Of a DNA stretch of 20,842 bases, positions 1 through 7,598 are shown one piece after another; the stretch's first letter is position 1, and every line of letters starts with the position of its first letter. This stretch comes from Candidatus Micrarchaeota archaeon. Its GTDB lineage: Archaea; Micrarchaeota; Micrarchaeia; Norongarragalinales; SBBD01. Made by a program: the position numbers and the translations under genes. The stretch covers positions 53,870 through 74,711 of the forward strand of contig JBBSVW010000023.1 of the NCBI GenBank assembly GCA_038046605.1. The letters run 5' to 3'. A model generated the notes under the pieces. It was not told where the DNA came from, ran no database searches, and saw only the letters and a program-made list of their open reading frames with translations.

Positions 1-30
1 CCCCCCCCACAAGAAAATATTAATCCCCAA

Positions 31-678
31 TCAGATTTTTAGCTTCTTTTTCAGGGCGGCAAATATCTCTTGGGAAATTTTGCCCTTTGTTTTGAGCGTA
101 CCATTTTGAGCACAATTAATCACAATCCATTTCCCCCTAATTGCTTCCCTCAGGTATAGGCTGCGCACCTCCTCCTGGTAGCAAATGTCCCTTTCATGGA
201 TATCAATTTTTTCTCCGCGCGAAATCAGCAATTTGCGGGAAACTGCTACCGGAAGGTTCAGGAAAATAACGGCATCAGCGAAAGGCAGGCGGCCTTCCAC
301 GGAATTGAACCATCCGATAAACTTTTCCCTTTCCGCCTTGTTTGCAATTTTAGCCGCCTGGTAGAGGTTGCTTTGGGAGTAGCGGTTGCAGATGATGTAT
401 TTGCCAGATGTTAGCATTTTTTCCAGCTTACCCAGGTACTGGTAGCGGTCAAGGGCATAAAGCAGGGAAACAGCCTCGGGGCTTAGCGCATCCCTTCCCC
501 CAAGCCCACCCTGCAGGTAATCCTTTATCAATTTGCCAAATTCGCTACCGTAGGTTGGAAAATTTATTATTTCTGCGTTCTGTCCGCCGATTGATCCCAG
601 TTTTTCCGCCAATAATTTTGATTGCGTTGCCTTGCCTACGGCATCCGTGCCCTCTATTACGATAAGTTTTCCGGCCAT
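31..678 (-). CDS. tmk: Thymidylate (dTMP) kinase
   Basis: LIVIEGTDAVGKATQ P-loop, FPTY, LLYALDR, IICNRY (DRY variant), DIHERD lid. ATG at 678; alternative GTG at 687 overlaps the upstream stop. Confidence 0.93.
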   Translation of the reverse strand: MAGKLIVIEGTDAVGKATQSKLLAEKLGSIGGQNAEIINFPTYGSEFGKLIKDYLQGGLGGRDALSPEAVSLLYALDRYQYLGKLEKMLTSGKYIICNRYSQSNLYQAAKIANKAEREKFIGWFNSVEGRLPFADAVIFLNLPVAVSRKLLISRGEKIDIHERDICYQEEVRSLYLREAIRGKWIVINCAQNGTLKTKGKISQEIFAALKKKLKI

Positions 679-683
679 ATATT

Positions 684-1727
684 TCACATAAAAGTATGAA
701 CTATCACCGATACGAACGGAATCAATAAATTGTCATCAATGTGGAAGTCAAGAGTTTCTATGATGGCAAGTATTGCGGAATAGGTTAGCGCCGATAGGCC
801 AATAAAGGGAAAGGCCGCAATGGAAGCCGCCGCAAAAAAGGCAATTGCCCCCTCCCAGCTTTTCTTTCCATTCCAAATGAGGCGGTTTTTTCCCCATTTC
901 ATCCCAATCATTGTCGCCGCCCCATCCCCGGCGGCAAACATCGCAATTGCCCCTAGCATGAAATTGAAATTGCCCGAATATGAAAGTATCATCAGGATGC
1001 CAACAAGGTACATCAGCGGCCCCCTGCCGGGGAAGATGTCGTTTTTCCTATCGAATTTGGCTAAAATATGATTGAAAGGCCCAATCCACATTCCAAGCAT
1101 ACGCATATTGATTAGCATCATGCCTGAAATCAGGAGCGCAAGAAGGATTAGTTCAACCGATAAAAGCCCCTCTTGATTCAGTCCAAAAAAGTAAAGCATC
1201 CCAATTATTGCAAAACCGCCAAGGATGTGGATTATCTGCCGGCCATTTTCCAATAAGGCAAGAGAGCGATTCTTTTTTTGCCTATATTTTTCCGCTTGAT
1301 TATGCAACCTCTCGAGTGCAAAGTAAACAAAAAGGCCAAGCGAAATGCCCCCAACCACCTGGTTTAGGGTATGCACCCCTAGGTAAATGCGCGAAAAGGC
1401 AATCAATACCGAAAGCGGAAGGAACATGAAAAAAGCGAAGCTGCCAAGGGTTGCCGCGGGAAGCAGGATGGACGTAATCGTATGTCCCGAGGGGAAGCCG
1501 TAATCGGTGCAATCAACAAGGGCGGGAAGGATTTTGCAGGGCCTATCCTCCTGGTAGAAGGTCTTGAGGGTGGCGGTTAGGATGATCACGACAAGGAAGG
1601 AGAGGATGAGGATGCGCCGGTTCCTCGAAAATGCAAGTGCCAGAAGGGTCAGGAGGAGGATTATGGGATAATAGTCCTTCTCCAAAATTACGGATATAGA
1701 CCTAAGCGCGATCTCAATAACGTTCAT
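684..1727 (-). CDS. Membrane fusion protein: N-terminal PAP2 phosphatase plus C-terminal dolichol/polyprenol-kinase-like (CTP_transf_1) domain
   Basis: PAP2 motifs KxxxxxxRP (KTFYQEDRP), PSGH, SRIYLGVH. C-half has RQIIH, GDGAATMIG..WG, KKSWEG and DDNL, typical of dolichol/phytol kinases. Confidence 0.85.
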   Translation of the reverse strand: MNVIEIALRSISVILEKDYYPIILLLTLLALAFSRNRRILILSFLVVIILTATLKTFYQEDRPCKILPALVDCTDYGFPSGHTITSILLPAATLGSFAFFMFLPLSVLIAFSRIYLGVHTLNQVVGGISLGLFVYFALERLHNQAEKYRQKKNRSLALLENGRQIIHILGGFAIIGMLYFFGLNQEGLLSVELILLALLISGMMLINMRMLGMWIGPFNHILAKFDRKNDIFPGRGPLMYLVGILMILSYSGNFNFMLGAIAMFAAGDGAATMIGMKWGKNRLIWNGKKSWEGAIAFFAAASIAAFPFIGLSALTYSAILAIIETLDFHIDDNLLIPFVSVIVHTFM

Positions 1728-1780
1728 GGAAGGGGTAATCTTTTGCTTTTAATAAACATTGGCAGTTGGCATTGGGCAGG

Positions 1781-1789
1781 TTTAAAATA
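1781..1789 (+). promoter_or_regulatory. Candidate TATA box for tRNA-Met
   Basis: TTTAAAATA about 50 nt upstream of the tRNA 5' end. Confidence 0.4.
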
Positions 1790-1878
1790 GGCTTTTTTGT
1801 ACTCTTTTTATTCTTTCCCAGCTCTAATCTTCGTTGCTGCCTAGGTAACTCAGCTTGGTTAGAGTGCCAGACTCATAA

Positions 1879-1939
1879 GGAATACCCTTACGAGTTATGA
1901 GCTAAAAAAAGCGATGATAAATAATGGGCATTCGTGGCA
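1879..1939 (+). other. tRNA intron 1 (61 nt; position 38/39, or 37/38 if shifted by one)
   Basis: Interrupts the anticodon loop. Relaxed BHB: TCAT(1873-76)/GTGG(1934-37) central helix, then GAATACCC/GGGCATTC intron helix. Confidence 0.85.
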
Positions 1940-1960
1940 TCTGGAAGCCGAGGGTTCAAA

Positions 1961-2103
1961 TGTCTGCGGCGGGGGAAGCATCCCCCTTGAGCAGACTGCC
2001 CGCTCCCCCTCTTGGAGCGCAGTTTGTTTTGATTCGCGCAGGTTTTTCTTTGGCGCGGAGCCATCGCACCTTTCTTTGAAAAAGAAAGGGGCAAGGCGGA
2101 AAA
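1961..2103 (+). other. tRNA intron 2 (143 nt; non-canonical T-loop position, best fit 59/60)
   Basis: BHB-like: GAGGG/CCCTC outer helix, TTCA/GGAA central helix (one mismatch), two AA|T bulges, GTCT/AGGC inner helix. Four internal hairpins. Boundary can slide up to 4 nt because AAAT is repeated. Confidence 0.8.
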
Positions 2104-2147
2104 TCCCTCCCTAGGCATTTTATTTTTCCTTAAATAAAAGTGGCAAA

Positions 2148-2759
2148 ATGGATCAAAAGGTTGTGCCAATTATCCTGATTGCGCTAGCCATGCTCATCTC
2201 CTTCAATTTGGGCTATTTGCTCCTTCCATCCCCAAAGGCAATTTCGTTTAGCGCGCCGGCAATTGGCTCGCTTGGAAAGGGAAGCCTGATAGATTTTGAG
2301 ATGCGCATCACGCAAGGAAGCGGCAAAACCCTTGTCAATATACAGAATGCGGATTTCAAGGAGGATGTGGAAAATGCCCTTCGGAAGGCCAGGTTCAATG
2401 CGGATAGGTATTTGGGGATCTCATCTGGGCATTTTGATATTTCGCTATCCGTCAAGGGGGAGGGAAACATGGTTTCAGGTGAAAGCGCAGGAGGCATGTT
2501 TGCGGTTGCAATAGTTGCGCTTGCTACTGGAAGGGAACTTCGGAACGATGTTATCATAAGCGCCGTAATTTTGGAGAATGGCAACCTGGAGGAAGTCGGG
2601 GGAATTGAGGAGAAGATAATTGCTGCAAAAGAAGGCAAGCGGAATGTGTTCCTTGTTTCATCGGGGCAAAAAATCAAGGACGAGCAGGAAGTAACGCAGG
2701 GGATACGCATCATCCGCGTCAGGAACCTTGAGGAGGCAGTAAAATACCTCTTGAAGTGA
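2148..2759 (+). CDS. Membrane-anchored, ATPase-less Lon-like (S16) serine protease
   Basis: N-terminal TM; VSGESAG catalytic Ser motif; VGGIEEKIIAA catalytic Lys; C-terminal VRNLEEAV. Confidence 0.85.
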   Translation: MDQKVVPIILIALAMLISFNLGYLLLPSPKAISFSAPAIGSLGKGSLIDFEMRITQGSGKTLVNIQNADFKEDVENALRKARFNADRYLGISSGHFDISLSVKGEGNMVSGESAGGMFAVAIVALATGRELRNDVIISAVILENGNLEEVGGIEEKIIAAKEGKRNVFLVSSGQKIKDEQEVTQGIRIIRVRNLEEAVKYLLK

Positions 2760-2835
2760 ATGATTATTTTCTGATGGTTCGGCTGGCCAATCCAACAACG
2801 TTTATAATGGCAAAAACGTAATTTGTTTGGTCGAT

Positions 2836-3393
2836 ATGTGGAGGGTAATTGCAGCGTTCCTACTTTTGCTTGTGCTAGCTGCAGCAGCGGCAATCAAAAG
2901 GGAGGGATTCTACTGGATTTTCGCCCTTTTTTGCGCATTCCTTGGGATTGGCATATTCATCTATTTGACGGTCATCGTAAGGAAGGATAAGGAGCATAAA
3001 ACCGAATTGGCCGACATCAAGAATGCGATGGGCCAAACAGCATTCGCATACGGAATTGGCTCGAACTCGAATGGAAGCGATGAACCCAAGTCTGTTCCAG
3101 TGATTGAAACATACAACATATCCCAGCCGGGGCATCCAGCTGATTCGCCCCAGCCAAATGAGATCCACGTGCCAGAAGTTGAAATGCCAAAAGTTGAAAC
3201 TGCGCAAATTGAAAAAATTGAAACTGCGCCCATTGGCCAAAATGCGGATGGCTCCAATAAGCTGCATAGCCAAACGGAAAAGGAATACGATGAAATAAAA
3301 GCGGGCGATGGGGATTTTGGCCAAACCGCGCCCGACCTGGCGGCAATTATTGCAAAAATTAAGAAGGATCAGGATGATGGAAAAGCAGGCTAG
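2836..3393 (+). CDS. Hypothetical membrane protein (2 TM plus acidic low-complexity tail)
   Basis: Two hydrophobic segments, then a P/E-rich tail with short (V/I)E repeats. ATG at 2836; stop overlaps the trmI stop. Confidence 0.7.
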   Translation: MWRVIAAFLLLLVLAAAAAIKREGFYWIFALFCAFLGIGIFIYLTVIVRKDKEHKTELADIKNAMGQTAFAYGIGSNSNGSDEPKSVPVIETYNISQPGHPADSPQPNEIHVPEVEMPKVETAQIEKIETAPIGQNADGSNKLHSQTEKEYDEIKAGDGDFGQTAPDLAAIIAKIKKDQDDGKAG

Positions 3394-4046
3394 CCAAGTT
3401 TGGTTCTGATGCGTTTTTCCCTTCGATTTGATTTGGTATTTTCGTTTCTTTCCCTCTCGAATTCTTCCTCGGAAACCTTATTTAGGAACACAAGGAAAGC
3501 CGTGAAAATGAGCCCAGAGTTTTCCGGCCGGCTTCCGTAACTTCTGATTTTCCAATCGCGAATGAATGCATCTGTCACGCGTTCAACCCTAAGTTTCAAC
3601 CTCTCGGCTTCCATCACGAATTTGCCTGCCTGCTCCACATTTGGAAGGTACCCAACGATCCAGCCGCCCATTTTAAGCGATTGCTTTGCATGAACCAGGA
3701 CTTTTTCGCTCTCTGCCATATCCAGTGTGATCAGATCAGCTTCGGTTTCATCAAAACCTTCGAATGCATTTTTCTCCTTGAGCTCTATGACTTTGTCCAG
3801 CCCTGCCATTGCAATATTTTTCCTTGCCAATTCCGCAAATTCGGGCCGGTTCTCATAAGTGGTGATTTTTCCTTCCGGCGCAACGATGCTACCAAGATGG
3901 ATAGCCAAATAGCCGCTGCCGGCGCCGGCATCAATCACCCTATCGCCGCTTTGCAAACCGGTCAAACCAGAGATTAGTGAGGCATCCTTAAGAGTGATGA
4001 TCTGCGGGCCGCGCTTTAATTTTCTCCAGTTGCTGCTATCGAACAT
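3390..4046 (-). CDS. trmI: tRNA (adenine-57/58-N1)-methyltransferase, TrmI/GCD14 family
   Basis: KRGPQIITLKD, SAM motif VIDAGAGSG, YENR.EF..LA..N, TLDM, YLPNVEQ, RP....IFTAFL. Confidence 0.9.
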   Translation of the reverse strand: MFDSSNWRKLKRGPQIITLKDASLISGLTGLQSGDRVIDAGAGSGYLAIHLGSIVAPEGKITTYENRPEFAELARKNIAMAGLDKVIELKEKNAFEGFDETEADLITLDMAESEKVLVHAKQSLKMGGWIVGYLPNVEQAGKFVMEAERLKLRVERVTDAFIRDWKIRSYGSRPENSGLIFTAFLVFLNKVSEEEFERERNENTKSNRREKRIRTKLG

Positions 4047-4073
4047 AACACGTATCCCTCGAATTAGAAATTT

Positions 4074-5333
4074 TCAACTTATTATTTCTTTCAGTGCAAC
4101 AGTCGCATAGCTTCCGGAAGGGAGGGAGAATTTTAGCCGTATTTTCCTCTTTCCGGCCTTCTCATATTCTTCGCAGGCAAAATCCTTCAGGTAAACGAAA
4201 TTGGGGCGGAAGGCTCCCTTGGAGTTCAACTCCGGCGTGCTTTTCATCACGAATTCCTCCTTTTTGATTTTCTCCTTTGCCAGAAGTTTCTCCTCATCCT
4301 TCGAAAGCACGGTTTGGAAACCGATTAATTTGCCCAAAATTACGGCACGATTTTTGGCTATTAGTTTTTTGACCTCATTTGCCTGTACCCTTGATTCGAT
4401 TTTCAGGGGCATCTCAACTTTTGGGAACCCAAGTTCATTCAATTCGCAATAATAATCCCCTATTGCCGGCTTTAGCAGCTTTCCCTTCTTAATGCGCGCC
4501 TCCAATATTTTATTGAACAGCTCGCTCTGGTAGGCGTGGATGAACAATAATTGCAAGCTCCTATGCAATTTCCGAAATGCGCCAAGGAAATCATTTGGGT
4601 TTTTTGAGAGATGGAAGAGCATATACTGCTCATGCCTGAGATAGCGCGGGAAAGTGTTTAGCGCCTCATGGAAATTCATGCTCTTTTCCAGAAGCCTCCT
4701 TGCCTTCGAGGAGGATTCATCCTTTTCACCCTCATCGGTGTAGCATAGGTAGTTTAGAACAGCCTCCTTGAATTTGCCTTGAATTAGGAATTTGCCAACA
4801 GTTGCGGTATTCTTCCTCGCGCTCCCAAACCGCTGGTCGCCAAAAGGGTTGGGAATTGCATAATTTTGCTTTTTGAGCATAGTTTCGATTCTTTCGGCGC
4901 TTAAATGCTTGAATTGCGCGCTTCCAATATTTTCTTCGGTAAGAATGATGGTAAAGCGGTTGCCGGAAAGCGCCCCCAATTTCACCTTGTCATTTGCAAT
5001 CCATGCCCCAAGTATTTTCATATCCCTAATGCCCAGGGATTGAAGGCGTTTTGGCTCAACTGCGAATGCGCTGCAAAGCTGGGTGGTGATTGCGTTCCTA
5101 TCCTTGTTCCCGGCGAAATTGATGCGGCTGGAATTGATGTGCAGCCTATCGGCAATTTGCCGGATTGCATTGCTTGTAGTCCAGAGCTTTTTTTGCAACG
5201 CAAATACGGTGAAGAAATTGTTCGTGCTATGAAGCTTTTCATCGGGGCGCAAATAGGGCTTGTCGAGCTCGATCACATCCCCGTTCAATGCGATCTCCTC
5301 TACGATGAAATCTTCAGGTGCGAATTTAAACAT
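4074..5333 (-). CDS. truD: tRNA pseudouridine(13) synthase TruD/Pus7
   Basis: PEDFIVEE, FAGNKDRNAITTQ (catalytic Asp), GNRF, PNPFGDQRFG, HAYQSELFN, FSLPSGSYAT. Confidence 0.96.
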   Translation of the reverse strand: MFKFAPEDFIVEEIALNGDVIELDKPYLRPDEKLHSTNNFFTVFALQKKLWTTSNAIRQIADRLHINSSRINFAGNKDRNAITTQLCSAFAVEPKRLQSLGIRDMKILGAWIANDKVKLGALSGNRFTIILTEENIGSAQFKHLSAERIETMLKKQNYAIPNPFGDQRFGSARKNTATVGKFLIQGKFKEAVLNYLCYTDEGEKDESSSKARRLLEKSMNFHEALNTFPRYLRHEQYMLFHLSKNPNDFLGAFRKLHRSLQLLFIHAYQSELFNKILEARIKKGKLLKPAIGDYYCELNELGFPKVEMPLKIESRVQANEVKKLIAKNRAVILGKLIGFQTVLSKDEEKLLAKEKIKKEEFVMKSTPELNSKGAFRPNFVYLKDFACEEYEKAGKRKIRLKFSLPSGSYATVALKEIIS

Positions 5334-5356
5334 ATTGAAGATTTAATTCGCCAAAG

Positions 5357-5413
5357 TAAATAAAGGGGTAGAGGCGACTACGAGTAGGGGAGTTACTCCC
5401 CTAGAGGTGTCAA
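5357..5413 (+). mobile_element. Hairpin element E1 (IS200/IS605 right-end-like, non-autonomous)
   Basis: GAGT + perfect hairpin AGGGGAG-TTA-CTCCCCT + AGAGGTG + TCAA; homologous to 9825-9940. Mobility is inferred. Confidence 0.55.
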
Positions 5414-5416
5414 TTG

Positions 5417-5448
5417 CTTCAGGTTGGAACTTGAACATTGAAGAATTA
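5417..5448 (-). repeat. Diverged second copy of the truD 5' end (direct repeat of 5312-5344)
   Basis: CTTCAGGTTGGAACTTGAACAT vs CTTCAGGTGCGAATTTAAACAT (18/22), then TGAAGA(A/T)TTA. Encodes MFKFQPE vs MFKFAPE. Confidence 0.8.
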
Positions 5449-5459
5449 GGCTATTTCAG

Positions 5460-5467
5460 ATTAAAAA
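5460..5467 (-). promoter_or_regulatory. TATA-like box upstream of the orphan truD start copy
   Basis: Minus strand TTTTTAAT about 22-29 nt upstream of the ATG at 5438 (leaderless spacing). Confidence 0.4.
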
Positions 5468-5472
5468 CCGCT

Positions 5473-5991
5473 TCAAATGTCATATTTTGCCAGGTATTTG
5501 ACGCCAAAATCAGTCGAATACCAAAACCAATCCGCAAAAGCGTGGGATCCATACGCTATGGCTGCGAGAACTGCAATTTCCAACGAGCCTGAAAAAACGA
5601 ATGCAAACATTGCAAAAAGTAGAATGTACTCGATTGACAAAAGCCATTTCCCCTTTGAATACCATTCTTTCCTGAATTCCGATCGTGGATGCTGCTTATA
5701 CTCCGGCGGCGAATAATACTGCGATTTGAGGAAAAGCAAAAGGAGGATTGCGGCAATTCCGGCAAAAAGGCCCATTGCCCAATCTCCGGAACTCGTAAAA
5801 CCAAAAACATAGGCTGCGCCAAATGAAATTAGGGCGGCACCGATGAATTCCCATTTCTCATGCGTAAAATCGGGGAAAAGGCCGCCGAATACCGCAAGTA
5901 TCCAGACAGGCAGGGAAAGCTCGACATTCATTGCAGATGCACTCCACATGACAAGGAGGAAAGTTAGGATGAAATGCGACAGCGGGCCCAT
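5473..5991 (-). CDS. Putative membrane-bound metal-dependent hydrolase (YdjM-like)
   Basis: N-terminal H (LSHF), GGLFPD..H, C-terminal SHAFAD (HxxxD); multiple TMs. Confidence 0.6.
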   Translation of the reverse strand: MGPLSHFILTFLLVMWSASAMNVELSLPVWILAVFGGLFPDFTHEKWEFIGAALISFGAAYVFGFTSSGDWAMGLFAGIAAILLLLFLKSQYYSPPEYKQHPRSEFRKEWYSKGKWLLSIEYILLFAMFAFVFSGSLEIAVLAAIAYGSHAFADWFWYSTDFGVKYLAKYDI

Positions 5992-6050
5992 AGTAAGTAA
6001 TACTCACGGAAGGGTTTTTTTAACGTAGGGGATAACACTTGTTGGATAGC

Positions 6051-7598
6051 ATGGCAGCATACAAGCCAACAGGCAAGGATTGGGTATGGGCGCACAGGAG
6101 GAACATGTCCCTCCTTCAGGTGAACATATTTGCCGATGGGCTCGAAGGGAAGGGCTATTTCCCGGCAGTCAGGTTCAACCGCAAAAATTACCTGGCAAGG
6201 ATTGTGAAGGGGGAGGGCGCCTACATTTACTACGATAATGGCGAGCTGAAACGAAACACACAAGCATTCCATAGGGATATGACAAATGGCAGGTGCACAC
6301 CCAAAAAATTAAGGAGGCTGTCGGAGAGGTTTTTTTCCGATGCGAAAATTGCGGTTGGAGAATTTAGGGGAAACCTTGCGGATATGGATAATGCCGCATT
6401 GCTTTTGCGATTCAAAAAATTCAGGCGGGCAATGACAATTGGCCCGATAATTACAGTGCAATTGTGGGGCATCGAATCTTGCTGGGATCCAAAATTTGCC
6501 CTCCCAAAATTCCTTGAAAAACGACTTGGAAAGTTGGGGAAGGCAAATGATTACCAAAAATGCATCGAAATTCTTTCAGCCGGGGAGGGGAAGAGCATTC
6601 CGCTGCTGGAAAGGGAAAGTTTCCTTTCAATTGCATGCAGGATGAAAAATAATGATGAGGTAAGAAAAGCAATCCAAGCCGGTTCTGCAACCAAAATCAA
6701 GTCAGCATTTGAAAAATATCCCAAGCTGGAGAGGGATTTTAGTAGGCACATTAACGAATTCGCATGGACAACAACCGAATACCAAAGCGAGCCATGGGGC
6801 AGGGGAAAATGGCGGTTAGCAATGCGCCGTGAAATGGGAAGGGATTGCAAAAATGAGCTGGATGAACTTTTGCAACGCCAAAAAAATGCAGTCGAGGAAA
6901 ACAGGAAGTTGTTGAAAAGATTGCAGCCTCCTGAAAAAATAATGCGCATCCTCCTTAACCTTGAGGAATTCATCCGGCAGAGGGATTGGGCAAAGGGGGA
7001 ATATTCGGCAATTTACCTGAAATGGCAGCCGCTTCTTAACGAATTGGCACGGAGGATGGGATGCAGGGTGGAGGATGTTACTGCGCATACCCTGGATGAA
7101 ATTGAAGAGTTCCTAGAATCAGGCAAGAATATCCCTGGAGAGGAAATTGCTCAAAGGAAACGGGGCTGCATTGTTATTTCCATTGGTAAGCCGTTCCATG
7201 CTCATTCAAATGGGCTATTGGAAATTGAAAGGAAGGAAAAATTGGCACCCGAAGGAATTGAACCAAAAAACCGAACCGAAGTATTTGGAATTGTGGGTTC
7301 GTCTGGCTATGCAAAGGGAAGGGCAAGGGTGGTAAGGGCGCCCGAGGAGATTGATTTGGTCAAGAATGGGGAAATCCTAATCACGTACATGACCACCATG
7401 GAATTCACGCCGGTTTTCAAGAAAGTTGCTGCGGTCGTGACAGACGAAGGCGGGCTCTCATCACATGCGGCCATTGTAAGCAGGGAATTCGGGCTTCCGT
7501 GCATTGTTGGCACAAAGCGGGCAACTAAAGTTTTCAAAACGGGGGATATCGTCGAGGTAGATGCAAGAAAAGGAATTGTGAGGAAAATCACCCCTTAG
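6051..7598 (+). CDS. PEP-utilising enzyme mobile (His) domain protein with large helical N-terminal region, no recognisable ATP-grasp domain
   Basis: C-terminal AKGRARVV..GEILITYMT..AAVVTDEGGLSSHAAIVSREFGLPCIVG. ATG at 6051. Confidence 0.85.
   Translation: MAAYKPTGKDWVWAHRRNMSLLQVNIFADGLEGKGYFPAVRFNRKNYLARIVKGEGAYIYYDNGELKRNTQAFHRDMTNGRCTPKKLRRLSERFFSDAKIAVGEFRGNLADMDNAALLLRFKKFRRAMTIGPIITVQLWGIESCWDPKFALPKFLEKRLGKLGKANDYQKCIEILSAGEGKSIPLLERESFLSIACRMKNNDEVRKAIQAGSATKIKSAFEKYPKLERDFSRHINEFAWTTTEYQSEPWGRGKWRLAMRREMGRDCKNELDELLQRQKNAVEENRKLLKRLQPPEKIMRILLNLEEFIRQRDWAKGEYSAIYLKWQPLLNELARRMGCRVEDVTAHTLDEIEEFLESGKNIPGEEIAQRKRGCIVISIGKPFHAHSNGLLEIERKEKLAPEGIEPKNRTEVFGIVGSSGYAKGRARVVRAPEEIDLVKNGEILITYMTTMEFTPVFKKVAAVVTDEGGLSSHAAIVSREFGLPCIVGTKRATKVFKTGDIVEVDARKGIVRKITP

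Larger units (their letters stand above)
1839..2117 (+). tRNA. tRNA-Met(CAU), elongator type, with two introns (exons about 1839-1878, 1940-1960, 2104-2117; 75 nt mature; CCA not encoded)
   Basis: Acceptor GCCTAGG(1839-45)/CCTAGGC(2110-16) plus A73; D stem ACTC/GAGT; anticodon stem CCAGA/TCTGG with CT-CAT-AA loop; T stem GAGGG/CCCTC with TTCAAAT loop. G1-C72 and no GGG/CCC anticodon stem argue against initiator. Confidence 0.92.

Noticed and set aside
1888-2169. ORFs 1888..2169(-) and 1914..2114(+)
   Set aside because: They overlap the tRNA and its introns and have no protein-like motifs.
5378-5404. Group II intron domain VI (minus strand GGGGAGTAACTCCCCTACTCG)
   Set aside because: No domain V or RT upstream, and the homolog E2 does not keep the pattern.
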